The notes below the pieces were generated by a model. That model was not told where the DNA came from and searched no databases. It was given only the letters and a program-made list of their open reading frames with translations. 31,648 nt of DNA from a virus (lineage: Duplodnaviria; Caudoviricetes): positions 1 to 31,648 of the IMG/VR virus record IMGVR_UViG_3300001471_000024; one strand, written 5' to 3'. Positions 14,849-23,263 of this stretch are shown one piece after another. The translations under genes and the position numbers were made by a program. Within the stretch, counting starts at the first letter, position 1. Every line of letters begins with the position of its first letter.

Positions 14849-14905
14849 ACAGAAGCCTTCGAGGAGAGGGCGCAACCTTAACGCTGACCGAGGAGGTCAC
14901 CTAAC

Positions 14906-15799
14906 ATGGCGTACACAGCTACCAAGACTCTGAATCTAGCACTTTTCCAGTTTCCGCAGGGAGTGGACAACACCGAACACACCGTTATTCTGCGCGGTAA
15001 CGTAGTCGAGAACGACACAGCGACGGAATACGTTCCGGGCGGAGTGGGCAGCACCTCTTTTCAAGTGACGGCATTTTCCGCAGTCGGCCTTGTCACTTAC
15101 TCGTCGCTAAAAGGAATCCAACTCGTCAACGGACAAACTGTGGTGATTTACAACACCGCCTCGAACACCAATGACGGAACATTCACGGTATCAAACGTCG
15201 TCGCCTCTAGCACCAGCGCCGGCACGTTCACCGCAGTTCCGCTCGTAGGAAAGACTCTTTCAGGAACAGGTCAGACCGGGCAGACTGCGCAAGGCGTAGG
15301 ACAGTTGCACTTCGGAGTTCAGGCGCTTATCCCGCAGACATTCACCGTTACCGCTGTTTCCAATACGGGCGGGCAGGTGACTTACACTTACACGACACTG
15401 GTAGGACCGCAGCTTCAGGCCAGCCAGTTCGTAACCATTGCCGGATGCACCAACGCCGCCAATAACGGGACGTTTTCTATCAACTCAATTACGCAGACTT
15501 CCTCGACGGCAGGCTCTTTCATCGTAACCAACTCTGCGGGCGTGACGACCGATTCAGGGACTGGTTCTGGTAACTTTCAGGCTGGACTTCAGACCTTTGC
15601 CAGAAACGGGCTACCCGTTGTGCAGATGACTTTCTTCTCCATCAAGGGCTACACCTACGTTTGGAATCCGACCAACTCCACCGTTCAGATTTTCTTGACC
15701 GGAACAAGCTCAGGGTCAGTACAAAACGAGGCCGGGTTAGGACCAACTGTAGCTTTTGACAACACGATTCGATTTGAGGCCATTTACATTCGAGGCTAA
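14906..15799 (+). CDS. putative virion decoration protein with two inserted beta-domains
   Basis: GAGGAGG SD. TEYVPGG and GYTYVWNPTNSTVQIF..TIRFEA segments flank two copies of a V.I.....N.GTF.V/I module. Confidence 0.65.
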   Translation: MAYTATKTLNLALFQFPQGVDNTEHTVILRGNVVENDTATEYVPGGVGSTSFQVTAFSAVGLVTYSSLKGIQLVNGQTVVIYNTASNTNDGTFTVSNVVASSTSAGTFTAVPLVGKTLSGTGQTGQTAQGVGQLHFGVQALIPQTFTVTAVSNTGGQVTYTYTTLVGPQLQASQFVTIAGCTNAANNGTFSINSITQTSSTAGSFIVTNSAGVTTDSGTGSGNFQAGLQTFARNGLPVVQMTFFSIKGYTYVWNPTNSTVQIFLTGTSSGSVQNEAGLGPTVAFDNTIRFEAIYIRG

Positions 15800-18700
15800 T
15801 GCCTAACACGCAATTTGAACCTGACTCAACGCTGACTACCTTTGGTGGACTCGTAACAGAGTTGAACCCTGCCGACTTGCCCGCAGGCTCTTCGCCTCTG
15901 TGTTGCGATTGCGATTTCACCATCGGTTCGGTAAAGACACGCCTGGGCCTATCGAGCGTCTATATGCCCGTCGATACAGGACAGAACTTCAATTACGTAA
16001 AGTCCTATGAGACGGGGGATGGAAGCGTGCTTACGCTGGCGCTCGATACTGCCGGGAATATGTGGTACGAAGCAGTTGCGGGGATGGATGAAGGCTCCGA
16101 CCCTGGCGTGCTGACGCCGTTCTTTTCAGGAATCGACCCGAACTCTTTTGCTAAATCCGTTACCTACGATGACCGGGAATTCATTGCTATATCGGACTTG
16201 CAGGAAGGCACGGACATTCCGCGTCAGTTCAGTGTCAATGACAATGGAATCGGTTTCAACTTCGACAGGATTTCGCAAGTAGGGCCGGGCGCGGGATGTC
16301 AGATAACCTCGACTACGCTAAGTTATCCAGTCAATCCCATCTTCCAGATTGCTCCGCAGACTTTGGGTGATGGAAGCAGCAACTATTACATGCTGTGGTC
16401 TGCCGGGCCGACGTTGAACACGCCGGGAAACGTCATCACATTTTACGGGCTTACCGGAACGACCTGGGGTGGAGCGCAGGTTGACCCTCCGGCGAGTAAC
16501 CAGCTTCAGCCTGGGGATAACGTCGTCATTACGGGCCTTCAGACTATCAGCGGATTCAATCCGAATAATGGCGCAGGGGGAAACCCGGTTTATTACACGG
16601 TGACAAGCATTGGGACGGCGAGGACTTCAGGCGGCACGATTCATCCGATATTCACGATTCAAGTAAACCAGATTGGATTCTTTTCTGGGCATCCGCAAGC
16701 AGGCTCGACTTACCAGCCCACGCTAGCAACGGTCGTGGCATCGACACCCGTGCCGAACCTTCAAGAAGGCCAGCAGTTGACTATCTCAGGAGCTAGTCCT
16801 TCGACCTGGGACGGAACATTCACTGTCCTGTTCACGCTGAACGCCGCGCAGATGTCGATTACAAACACGGAGTTGTTGAGTAATGAAGCGACTTATGCCT
16901 TTACGCTAATCAGCGGCGTTACTCCTGCAGTCGGGCAAATGGTAACGGTAACAGGAACATCCAATGGCAACGGAATATTTAATGTCACCAGCGCAATTAT
17001 CACCGCAGCTACATCTTCGACGTTCAGCGTGGCGATTGTTTCACCGAACATTGCATCGGCCCCGGAAACAGCTTTTGCGATTATTAACGGAACCAAGTTC
17101 CAATTTGACCCTTTGCAGATTATTGCCACATCGACCACGGGTTCTCTTGTCGTAGCAGGACTGTTGGGCGCGGGAGTTCGCGGAGCTGTTGTACTTTTTC
17201 TTACCACCAACGGCTACCTGACCGCACCTTCTCCCCAGACTATTTTTACGCTGAGCGGTTCGGCCAACTCCATCATCGCATCTCAGATTCCCATTGGCCC
17301 GGATAACGTCGTGGCACGAGTAATTGCTTTTACCGGAGCAGGGGGAGCAACGCTAGCCGGAGGCGGTGGGTACTACTACTGGATTCCAGAGGATGTAAGT
17401 GTCATCAGCAACAATCAAACAGTGAACTACACCAAAACAATCATCAACGACAATACATCCACTTCGGCCACGTTCACCTTCACGGACGCTGTTCTATTAG
17501 GTGCGTTAAGCATCAGTTTTCAAGGCACAAACAACTTCGCGCAGATAGAGCTGGGAAGTTGTCTAGGAACAATCGCCTACGCCAATCGTCTGTTCGTTTG
17601 GGGAGAGAACAACAAAATCCAGAACCTGATAAACATGACCTTTGACGGCGGAGCAGGTAAGGTTCTGCCTGTTCCGACCGACCCTAGTACAATCGTTTCC
17701 ACTTATCCTCTCGGTTGGACACCCGATAGCGTATACGGAGCGGGGATTGTCGGCGGCGGCATTACCTCAGTCGTGGATTCTCCGGTGTTCGGAGATGCTT
17801 ACCAGATTCAGACTATTTCCGGTGGGCTAGTGATTCAAGGGATGATTGAGCAGCCTGCCTTTGAAGATTCCTTCACGGCGCAGACGATTAAATTCAGCGG
17901 CACAGGAACGCATCATCATACCCGCCCCACCATCAGCATAACGAATTCCCGTGGTGGCGCACCAATCATCCAGACAAACACGCAATATAGCATTAGATTT
18001 ACTGCGCAACTAACTGCTGGGTCTAACTCTGATTCTGGGCTGAACGTAGATTTATACAGCCCTTCTTTCGGTAAGACCTATGGGATTTTCGGCTGCACCC
18101 CTACCGCGGCAATGCAAACCTTTGAAGCCGACTTGCTAGATACTCCGCTCGCGACCGTTCCTACCGATTTGATTTTAAGAGTTTACGCCATCAGCCATGA
18201 GCCTTTCATGGGAGTAAATTTCTATTTCGTTCCTACTTACCTAATCGACCGCATAGAGATTTATCCAACCCAGCAGCCCGTGCTCAACACGCAGTTGCGC
18301 GGCTCTTACGTAGACAATTTTGAAGCCTTCGACGGCGTGACCGGAAACCTTGGAGTCGGCACGCAAAACCAGCAGCCCGTTAGTGCCGCTTTCACTCTGT
18401 TTGACAATCTATACGTAGTTCGGACTCGTTCATTCTGCTCGACTTCGGACAATGGCATTACTGAACCTGACGGTTGGACGATTAAAGAGATTGCGGGCAT
18501 CGGGACGCCTTCTATAAATGGTGTGGATTATTCGACCGACAAAGACAGTGAAAGTTGGGCGCTGATTGCAGGACAGGCAGGACTCTATCTCTTTGACGGA
18601 GGGAAGCCGCAGAAACTTTCCCCTGAAATAGATACTCTTTGGAATGCCATCAACTGGAAATACGGCTACACCCTGTGGGTCAAGAACGACATCATCAACC

Positions 18701-19407
18701 GCAGAATATGCATCGGCGTTCCTCTTGCGACGCCTAACCAGTGGATGCCGAACTTCCCCGTAAACGCGAATCCTACATCACCTAACGTAGTTCTGATGCT
18801 GTCCTACAGAGAACTCATGTCTAGCGGTGCGTTGACCAGCGAAGGCCCGATACGGCAGAGCTTCATGGGAGAACTTAGGACTTTTCAGCTAGGCCGCAAG
18901 TGGAGCGCGTGGTCGATTCAGGCTTCTTATGCGGATTTCATTACTCGAGCCGATACAACCCAGCCTTTGTTCTACTGCAACAACCAGTTTCGCGGGAAGA
19001 TTTACCAGCAACTCACCGGAAACTACCTTGATGACGGAGCTTTGATGCCCTGGGACTACATCACCAGCCCGATGCCAAAAACGCAAGAGGCGCAAGCTCT
19101 GGGAATGGGCAATCAGATGCTTGACGCCGACATGATTACCGCCTTGCTCACAGGGAACGGAAATGCACAGGTCAATATTTATCCCGACACGATTACTTCG
19201 CCGTATGCGCTCACTCTGGGCACGTATCCTCTCTCGCCTTCGCCAGCTTACGGGGACACGGAAATACCAGTCCTCCAAACTGGGGCGCGATTCTTCTTAG
19301 AGGTAACTAACGGAGGAACAACGCAAGCGCCTGCTAATTTTGAACTTTCTCGCGTGGTGATGACTATGAAGAAAGCAGCGTGGGCTGCATATCGAGGAAG
19401 CAATTAG
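15799..19407 (+). CDS. putative tail nozzle/DNA-stabilisation protein (P22 gp10/T7 gp12-like) with insertions
   Basis: 1202 aa. N-terminal FGGLVTE..P..LP...SP...CDF..GSVKTRLG and propeller-like segments (YANRLFVWG, FDNLYVV, GLYLFDGGKPQKLSPEI). Confidence 0.75.
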   Translation: MPNTQFEPDSTLTTFGGLVTELNPADLPAGSSPLCCDCDFTIGSVKTRLGLSSVYMPVDTGQNFNYVKSYETGDGSVLTLALDTAGNMWYEAVAGMDEGSDPGVLTPFFSGIDPNSFAKSVTYDDREFIAISDLQEGTDIPRQFSVNDNGIGFNFDRISQVGPGAGCQITSTTLSYPVNPIFQIAPQTLGDGSSNYYMLWSAGPTLNTPGNVITFYGLTGTTWGGAQVDPPASNQLQPGDNVVITGLQTISGFNPNNGAGGNPVYYTVTSIGTARTSGGTIHPIFTIQVNQIGFFSGHPQAGSTYQPTLATVVASTPVPNLQEGQQLTISGASPSTWDGTFTVLFTLNAAQMSITNTELLSNEATYAFTLISGVTPAVGQMVTVTGTSNGNGIFNVTSAIITAATSSTFSVAIVSPNIASAPETAFAIINGTKFQFDPLQIIATSTTGSLVVAGLLGAGVRGAVVLFLTTNGYLTAPSPQTIFTLSGSANSIIASQIPIGPDNVVARVIAFTGAGGATLAGGGGYYYWIPEDVSVISNNQTVNYTKTIINDNTSTSATFTFTDAVLLGALSISFQGTNNFAQIELGSCLGTIAYANRLFVWGENNKIQNLINMTFDGGAGKVLPVPTDPSTIVSTYPLGWTPDSVYGAGIVGGGITSVVDSPVFGDAYQIQTISGGLVIQGMIEQPAFEDSFTAQTIKFSGTGTHHHTRPTISITNSRGGAPIIQTNTQYSIRFTAQLTAGSNSDSGLNVDLYSPSFGKTYGIFGCTPTAAMQTFEADLLDTPLATVPTDLILRVYAISHEPFMGVNFYFVPTYLIDRIEIYPTQQPVLNTQLRGSYVDNFEAFDGVTGNLGVGTQNQQPVSAAFTLFDNLYVVRTRSFCSTSDNGITEPDGWTIKEIAGIGTPSINGVDYSTDKDSESWALIAGQAGLYLFDGGKPQKLSPEIDTLWNAINWKYGYTLWVKNDIINRRICIGVPLATPNQWMPNFPVNANPTSPNVVLMLSYRELMSSGALTSEGPIRQSFMGELRTFQLGRKWSAWSIQASYADFITRADTTQPLFYCNNQFRGKIYQQLTGNYLDDGALMPWDYITSPMPKTQEAQALGMGNQMLDADMITALLTGNGNAQVNIYPDTITSPYALTLGTYPLSPSPAYGDTEIPVLQTGARFFLEVTNGGTTQAPANFELSRVVMTMKKAAWAAYRGSN

Positions 19408-19962
19408 ATGCTCGACGGTGGAAGCTACCTGAGCGAGATACGGGAAGAGAAGCCCAGAACTGCATTGCTTCTTGAGAAAATCATCAACGGCGTTAATCAA
19501 TTAGGAATATCAGTAGGGGCAGACCCGACTGGTCACACGTCTCCCCCAGACCCTCCTCAATCTATTCAGGTTTCGGCAGGAAGCGACCACGTACACGTCA
19601 CGCTTACCGATAGCGCACAGAGAAGTCGAGCACTTAACTATTTCCTGGAGTGGAGTGCAAACGACCCTGCGTTTATGAAGCCCAACGTGGAGCATTTAGG
19701 AGCGAGTCGAGGACGGGTTATGGCTTTGCCTGCAAAGGACGGTAGCGGGGACGTAATCAGTTATTACTTCCGCGGATATTCGGCTTATCTCGGTTCTGAA
19801 GTGGCGTCCGACAAGATTTACAACGGGCCGAACCTGAATCCTACGCCTGTGACGCTCACAGGAGCTTCGACGCTGAATCTGTTGACCTCGACAGGAGCAG
19901 GAACAGCCCCAACGAGCGGAGAAGTGGGCGGTCAGGGCTTTGGGACAGACCAATTCGCATGA
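19408..19962 (+). CDS. hypothetical virion protein with Fn3-like beta segment
   Basis: Abuts the nozzle gene; PPDPPQSIQVSA...YFLEWS...YYFRGYS. Confidence 0.65.
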   Translation: MLDGGSYLSEIREEKPRTALLLEKIINGVNQLGISVGADPTGHTSPPDPPQSIQVSAGSDHVHVTLTDSAQRSRALNYFLEWSANDPAFMKPNVEHLGASRGRVMALPAKDGSGDVISYYFRGYSAYLGSEVASDKIYNGPNLNPTPVTLTGASTLNLLTSTGAGTAPTSGEVGGQGFGTDQFA

Positions 19963-20354
19963 GAATACGAGAATTCACGTTAAAAGATATTCCTGACATG
20001 CGCAGAATCCATGCGGAGTCAGGACTTCCGCAGAACTGCTTGCCGGACTTTGAGAGTCCGCTATTTGTGGTGAAGAAAGTAGCGGAAAACGGCTCAGGGC
20101 CAGCTATCGGCGGTTTTTTAAAACTAAATGGAGAAATATTTCTTTTGCTCGACCACAGCAAGGGAACGCCTGAGTCAAGATGGGAAGCACTGGAAGAACT
20201 GACCGGAGAAGGTCTGCATGAAGCCTATAAAGTGGGACTGGACCATGTTACTGCTTGGTTGCCACCAGAAGTAGAAAAACAATTTGGCAAAAGATTAGAA
20301 TCTTTAGGATTCCAAAGAAGTCCCTGGAATTCGTATACGGCAATTTTAAGATAG
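19959..20354 (+). CDS. GNAT-fold protein (putative acetyltransferase)
   Basis: MRIREFTLKDIPDM start and KRLESLGF end; typical position between nozzle and ejection genes in podoviruses. Confidence 0.6.
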   Translation: MRIREFTLKDIPDMRRIHAESGLPQNCLPDFESPLFVVKKVAENGSGPAIGGFLKLNGEIFLLLDHSKGTPESRWEALEELTGEGLHEAYKVGLDHVTAWLPPEVEKQFGKRLESLGFQRSPWNSYTAILR

Positions 20355-20364
20355 AGGAGGTCCG

Positions 20365-20934
20365 ATGGAGAGCGCGGACCGCAGTTTACAGCAGCAGGCC
20401 GAAAACGCAGGGAATACAGCATCAACTACAGGCGGAAACTACGGTGCCGCGGCATCTGGTATCGGTGCTTCGTTAATCCCGCAGCTTCAGCGCGAAGCAA
20501 CAGGCAATGTCGGCCTAACTCCTACACAGGCGAATAATGAGCTAGTAGCAGGAGAACAAGGAGCGGGCGGCGCTAATGCAGGCGTGGCAGGGGCTGCGGG
20601 GCTAAACGCGGCACGCACGCGCAACTCCGGGGCGCTATCAGGAGTTCTAGACCAAGCATCGCGTCAGAAGGGCCAGCAGATGTCGCAGAACGCACTCGGT
20701 GTGCAACGGCAATCTACCGACCTAGCCCAGCAGAATAAGGAACGAGCACAATCTGCACTAACCGGGCTTTATGGAACAGACGTGGGCGCACAGATGCACG
20801 CAATGGGATTAGAAGCACCTGACATCAACGCTGGCGTAAACGCAGGTAATTCCGGGTGGTTTCAGGACGCCACTCAACTGATAAATTCATTTGCAGGAAA
20901 CGCTAAGGCAGCAGCGCAAGTGGCGAGCGGATAA
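20365..20934 (+). CDS. putative internal virion/DNA ejection protein
   Basis: GAGGAGG SD; Ala/Gly/Gln/Asn-rich helical protein in the expected position. Confidence 0.65.
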   Translation: MESADRSLQQQAENAGNTASTTGGNYGAAASGIGASLIPQLQREATGNVGLTPTQANNELVAGEQGAGGANAGVAGAAGLNAARTRNSGALSGVLDQASRQKGQQMSQNALGVQRQSTDLAQQNKERAQSALTGLYGTDVGAQMHAMGLEAPDINAGVNAGNSGWFQDATQLINSFAGNAKAAAQVASG

Positions 20935-22274
20935 TGGCAACTGACCCGGTAACAGGACAACCTATTTCTGACGAAGAACTGCGTAATCGTAGGAATGCGA
21001 TGGGGCCAGCTCCCCCAACGATACCTGCTAGTCGCATCGCAGAAAGCGCGGCTCAGCCTCCTCGTCCTTCGATTCCTTCGCCCAACGCGATACCGCCAGC
21101 ACCACCCGTTCATACCATGCCCGCGGTAACAGTTCCCGTGTCCGCAACTCCGCCACCGGTAGGCGCACCGGCGTCACCGCCTAAGCCGCCTCAAACTGCG
21201 TGGCAGAAAATAGGACACGGGATAAATCGTGCTGCAAACATCGCTGGGGACGTTCTGGCTCCGAACATCACGGCGCTAATACCAGGTTCTGACCTCAACA
21301 AGAACCTAATGGAGAATAGGGCAGCAAATTTAGCCGCAAAGGGTGCAAGAACAGGGTTAGAGAACGCGCAGGCCGAAGGAATCACCGAGGGTAATAAGGA
21401 AACCGATTGGACTCCGCTCGGCGCAGACCAGCCCATAAAAGTACCGTTCAAGTCCGTTGCCCAATTACAGGCAGCCGAGGAGCGAGCAAAAGCACAGCAA
21501 AACGTAGCAACCACGCGAGGTGATACGGCAGAAACTGTTGCGGGAATTAACACAGGTAGTAAGGAAAAGATAAACACGGCAACGAATCAGTCTCGCGAAA
21601 ATATAGCTACGACCAATCAAGCGGCAGCAGACTCACGAGCGGAAGCACAGCGAGATAATCAGTTCAAGATTGCCCAGATGCGCGACAGTCTGGAGAACAT
21701 CATCCACGGTCGCCACGATGAGACGCAAAAGCAAATAGCTACTCAGGAATTTGGCACACCGGATAAAGATTTAGGACCAGCCCCAGCAGGAAAGCAGGAA
21801 GGCGCACGTGGAACGATGGGGGACGGAACTCCCGTGATGGTTAAGAATGGACGGCTCGTACAGCCCGGACAGGCAGGGGCAAAAACTACTGGAGGCCCAG
21901 GCGGCAAGCTCGGAGCGCAGAATCAGAACAGGGCTGAATTCGCCAAGACGGTCATCGACCAGATTCCGAACATAACCAGCGAGGTTGACGCTCTTGCAGC
22001 GAAGATTGGCCCCGGAGCAGGACGCTGGAACGATTTCTGGGTCAAGAAAGTTGGAGCGAACGACCCGGATTATGCTGCGCTAGACCAGGACTTGGGATTA
22101 TTCGCATCAGCGGTCGCTGTGACGCACTTCGGAGCGCGTGGTGGTGGGCAGCACTTCATCGAAGCATTGAAGAAAGATTTCGGACAAGCGCAATCGCCAG
22201 AAGATTTGAAGGCCCGCATAAAGTCTGCGGATAAGTGGCTGACGGGCTACGCCCACATGGGCCAACAGAAATGA
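20934..22274 (+). CDS. putative internal virion/DNA ejection protein
   Basis: TAATG coupling; Pro-rich N-terminus, WQKIGHG amphipathic segment, coiled coil and helical C-terminal domain. Confidence 0.65.
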   Translation: MATDPVTGQPISDEELRNRRNAMGPAPPTIPASRIAESAAQPPRPSIPSPNAIPPAPPVHTMPAVTVPVSATPPPVGAPASPPKPPQTAWQKIGHGINRAANIAGDVLAPNITALIPGSDLNKNLMENRAANLAAKGARTGLENAQAEGITEGNKETDWTPLGADQPIKVPFKSVAQLQAAEERAKAQQNVATTRGDTAETVAGINTGSKEKINTATNQSRENIATTNQAAADSRAEAQRDNQFKIAQMRDSLENIIHGRHDETQKQIATQEFGTPDKDLGPAPAGKQEGARGTMGDGTPVMVKNGRLVQPGQAGAKTTGGPGGKLGAQNQNRAEFAKTVIDQIPNITSEVDALAAKIGPGAGRWNDFWVKKVGANDPDYAALDQDLGLFASAVAVTHFGARGGGQHFIEALKKDFGQAQSPEDLKARIKSADKWLTGYAHMGQQK

Positions 22275-23263
22275 GCAGCGCAGCAATAACCTGGGAAGAC
22301 GAAAAGAAAGCGCCCCTCCCTGAGATTAAATGGGAAGACGAGAAACCGACGCCCGCAAAACCGTCAGGCCCGGCACCAACTACCGCGAATAATTCGATAG
22401 AAAACGCGGTGAAAGAAACAAATGCAATGCCTGCCTGGAAACGTCTTGGCTCTGGATTGTGGGACGCTACAAAGGGATTGGTCGGAGGTCTAACTTCGGT
22501 AATTCCTGACGCTGGCTCCGCAATGGTTAGCGGCGCACGTATGGCGGGGGATGATGCTATTCGTAAGGCACAGGGGCGCAGCGTACCGTATCGAACCGTC
22601 GCTGGACTTGGAGAAGGCTTGGGAATAAATGCTCCGGGCATGGAAGATGCAGCAAGTCGCGGAGATATGGCTGGAATCATAGGGCAATCAATACCCCCGG
22701 CAGCCGCAGCTACTTCATCTCATTGGATACCACCGATTGCCGACAAAATTGGGGGGATTCCCGATGCTCTTGGTGAAGCGACTAGGATGCAAGAGACTGG
22801 CAAATTAAAACCTTCAGTTAGAGCACTCAGTCGTGCGGCTGGCGCAGGAGTTGGAGGAATGGCGGCAGGTGGCCCAGGCGCTGTTGCCGGAACACTTCTA
22901 GGCCCTAGCCTAGCGGATATGCTTCTGCCTGAGCATCCTAATCCATACGGAGAGTTTTCCAAACTGTCATCGAAGTTCCCAAAATCATCTATTCCTTCTG
23001 CAATGGGGATACCCAACGCGCTAGAAACTTCCGCAGCGCGGCCAGCAGGTCGCATGGTTCTAACTCCCGGTGAATTTAACACTCGTGACGTATTGGGAGA
23101 TTTAGCCAAGAAGAACGCCAGCCGTCGAGGAATGGACTTCGCAGGCGGTATGACTCCAATGGAAGGAAGGAAAGTACCGAGATTCCCGACTGCGACACAG
23201 GAAGCGGAGTATCCGAGGCCGCGGGAGATAACCAAGTTCCCGAAGAAGGATGACGACGAATGA
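22271..23263 (+). CDS. putative internal virion/DNA ejection protein
   Basis: ATGA coupling; ITWEDEK/IKWEDEK N-terminal repeat; Gly/Ala-rich membrane-like segment AAGAGVGGMAAGGPGAVAGTLLG. Confidence 0.65.
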   Translation: MSSAAITWEDEKKAPLPEIKWEDEKPTPAKPSGPAPTTANNSIENAVKETNAMPAWKRLGSGLWDATKGLVGGLTSVIPDAGSAMVSGARMAGDDAIRKAQGRSVPYRTVAGLGEGLGINAPGMEDAASRGDMAGIIGQSIPPAAAATSSHWIPPIADKIGGIPDALGEATRMQETGKLKPSVRALSRAAGAGVGGMAAGGPGAVAGTLLGPSLADMLLPEHPNPYGEFSKLSSKFPKSSIPSAMGIPNALETSAARPAGRMVLTPGEFNTRDVLGDLAKKNASRRGMDFAGGMTPMEGRKVPRFPTATQEAEYPRPREITKFPKKDDDE

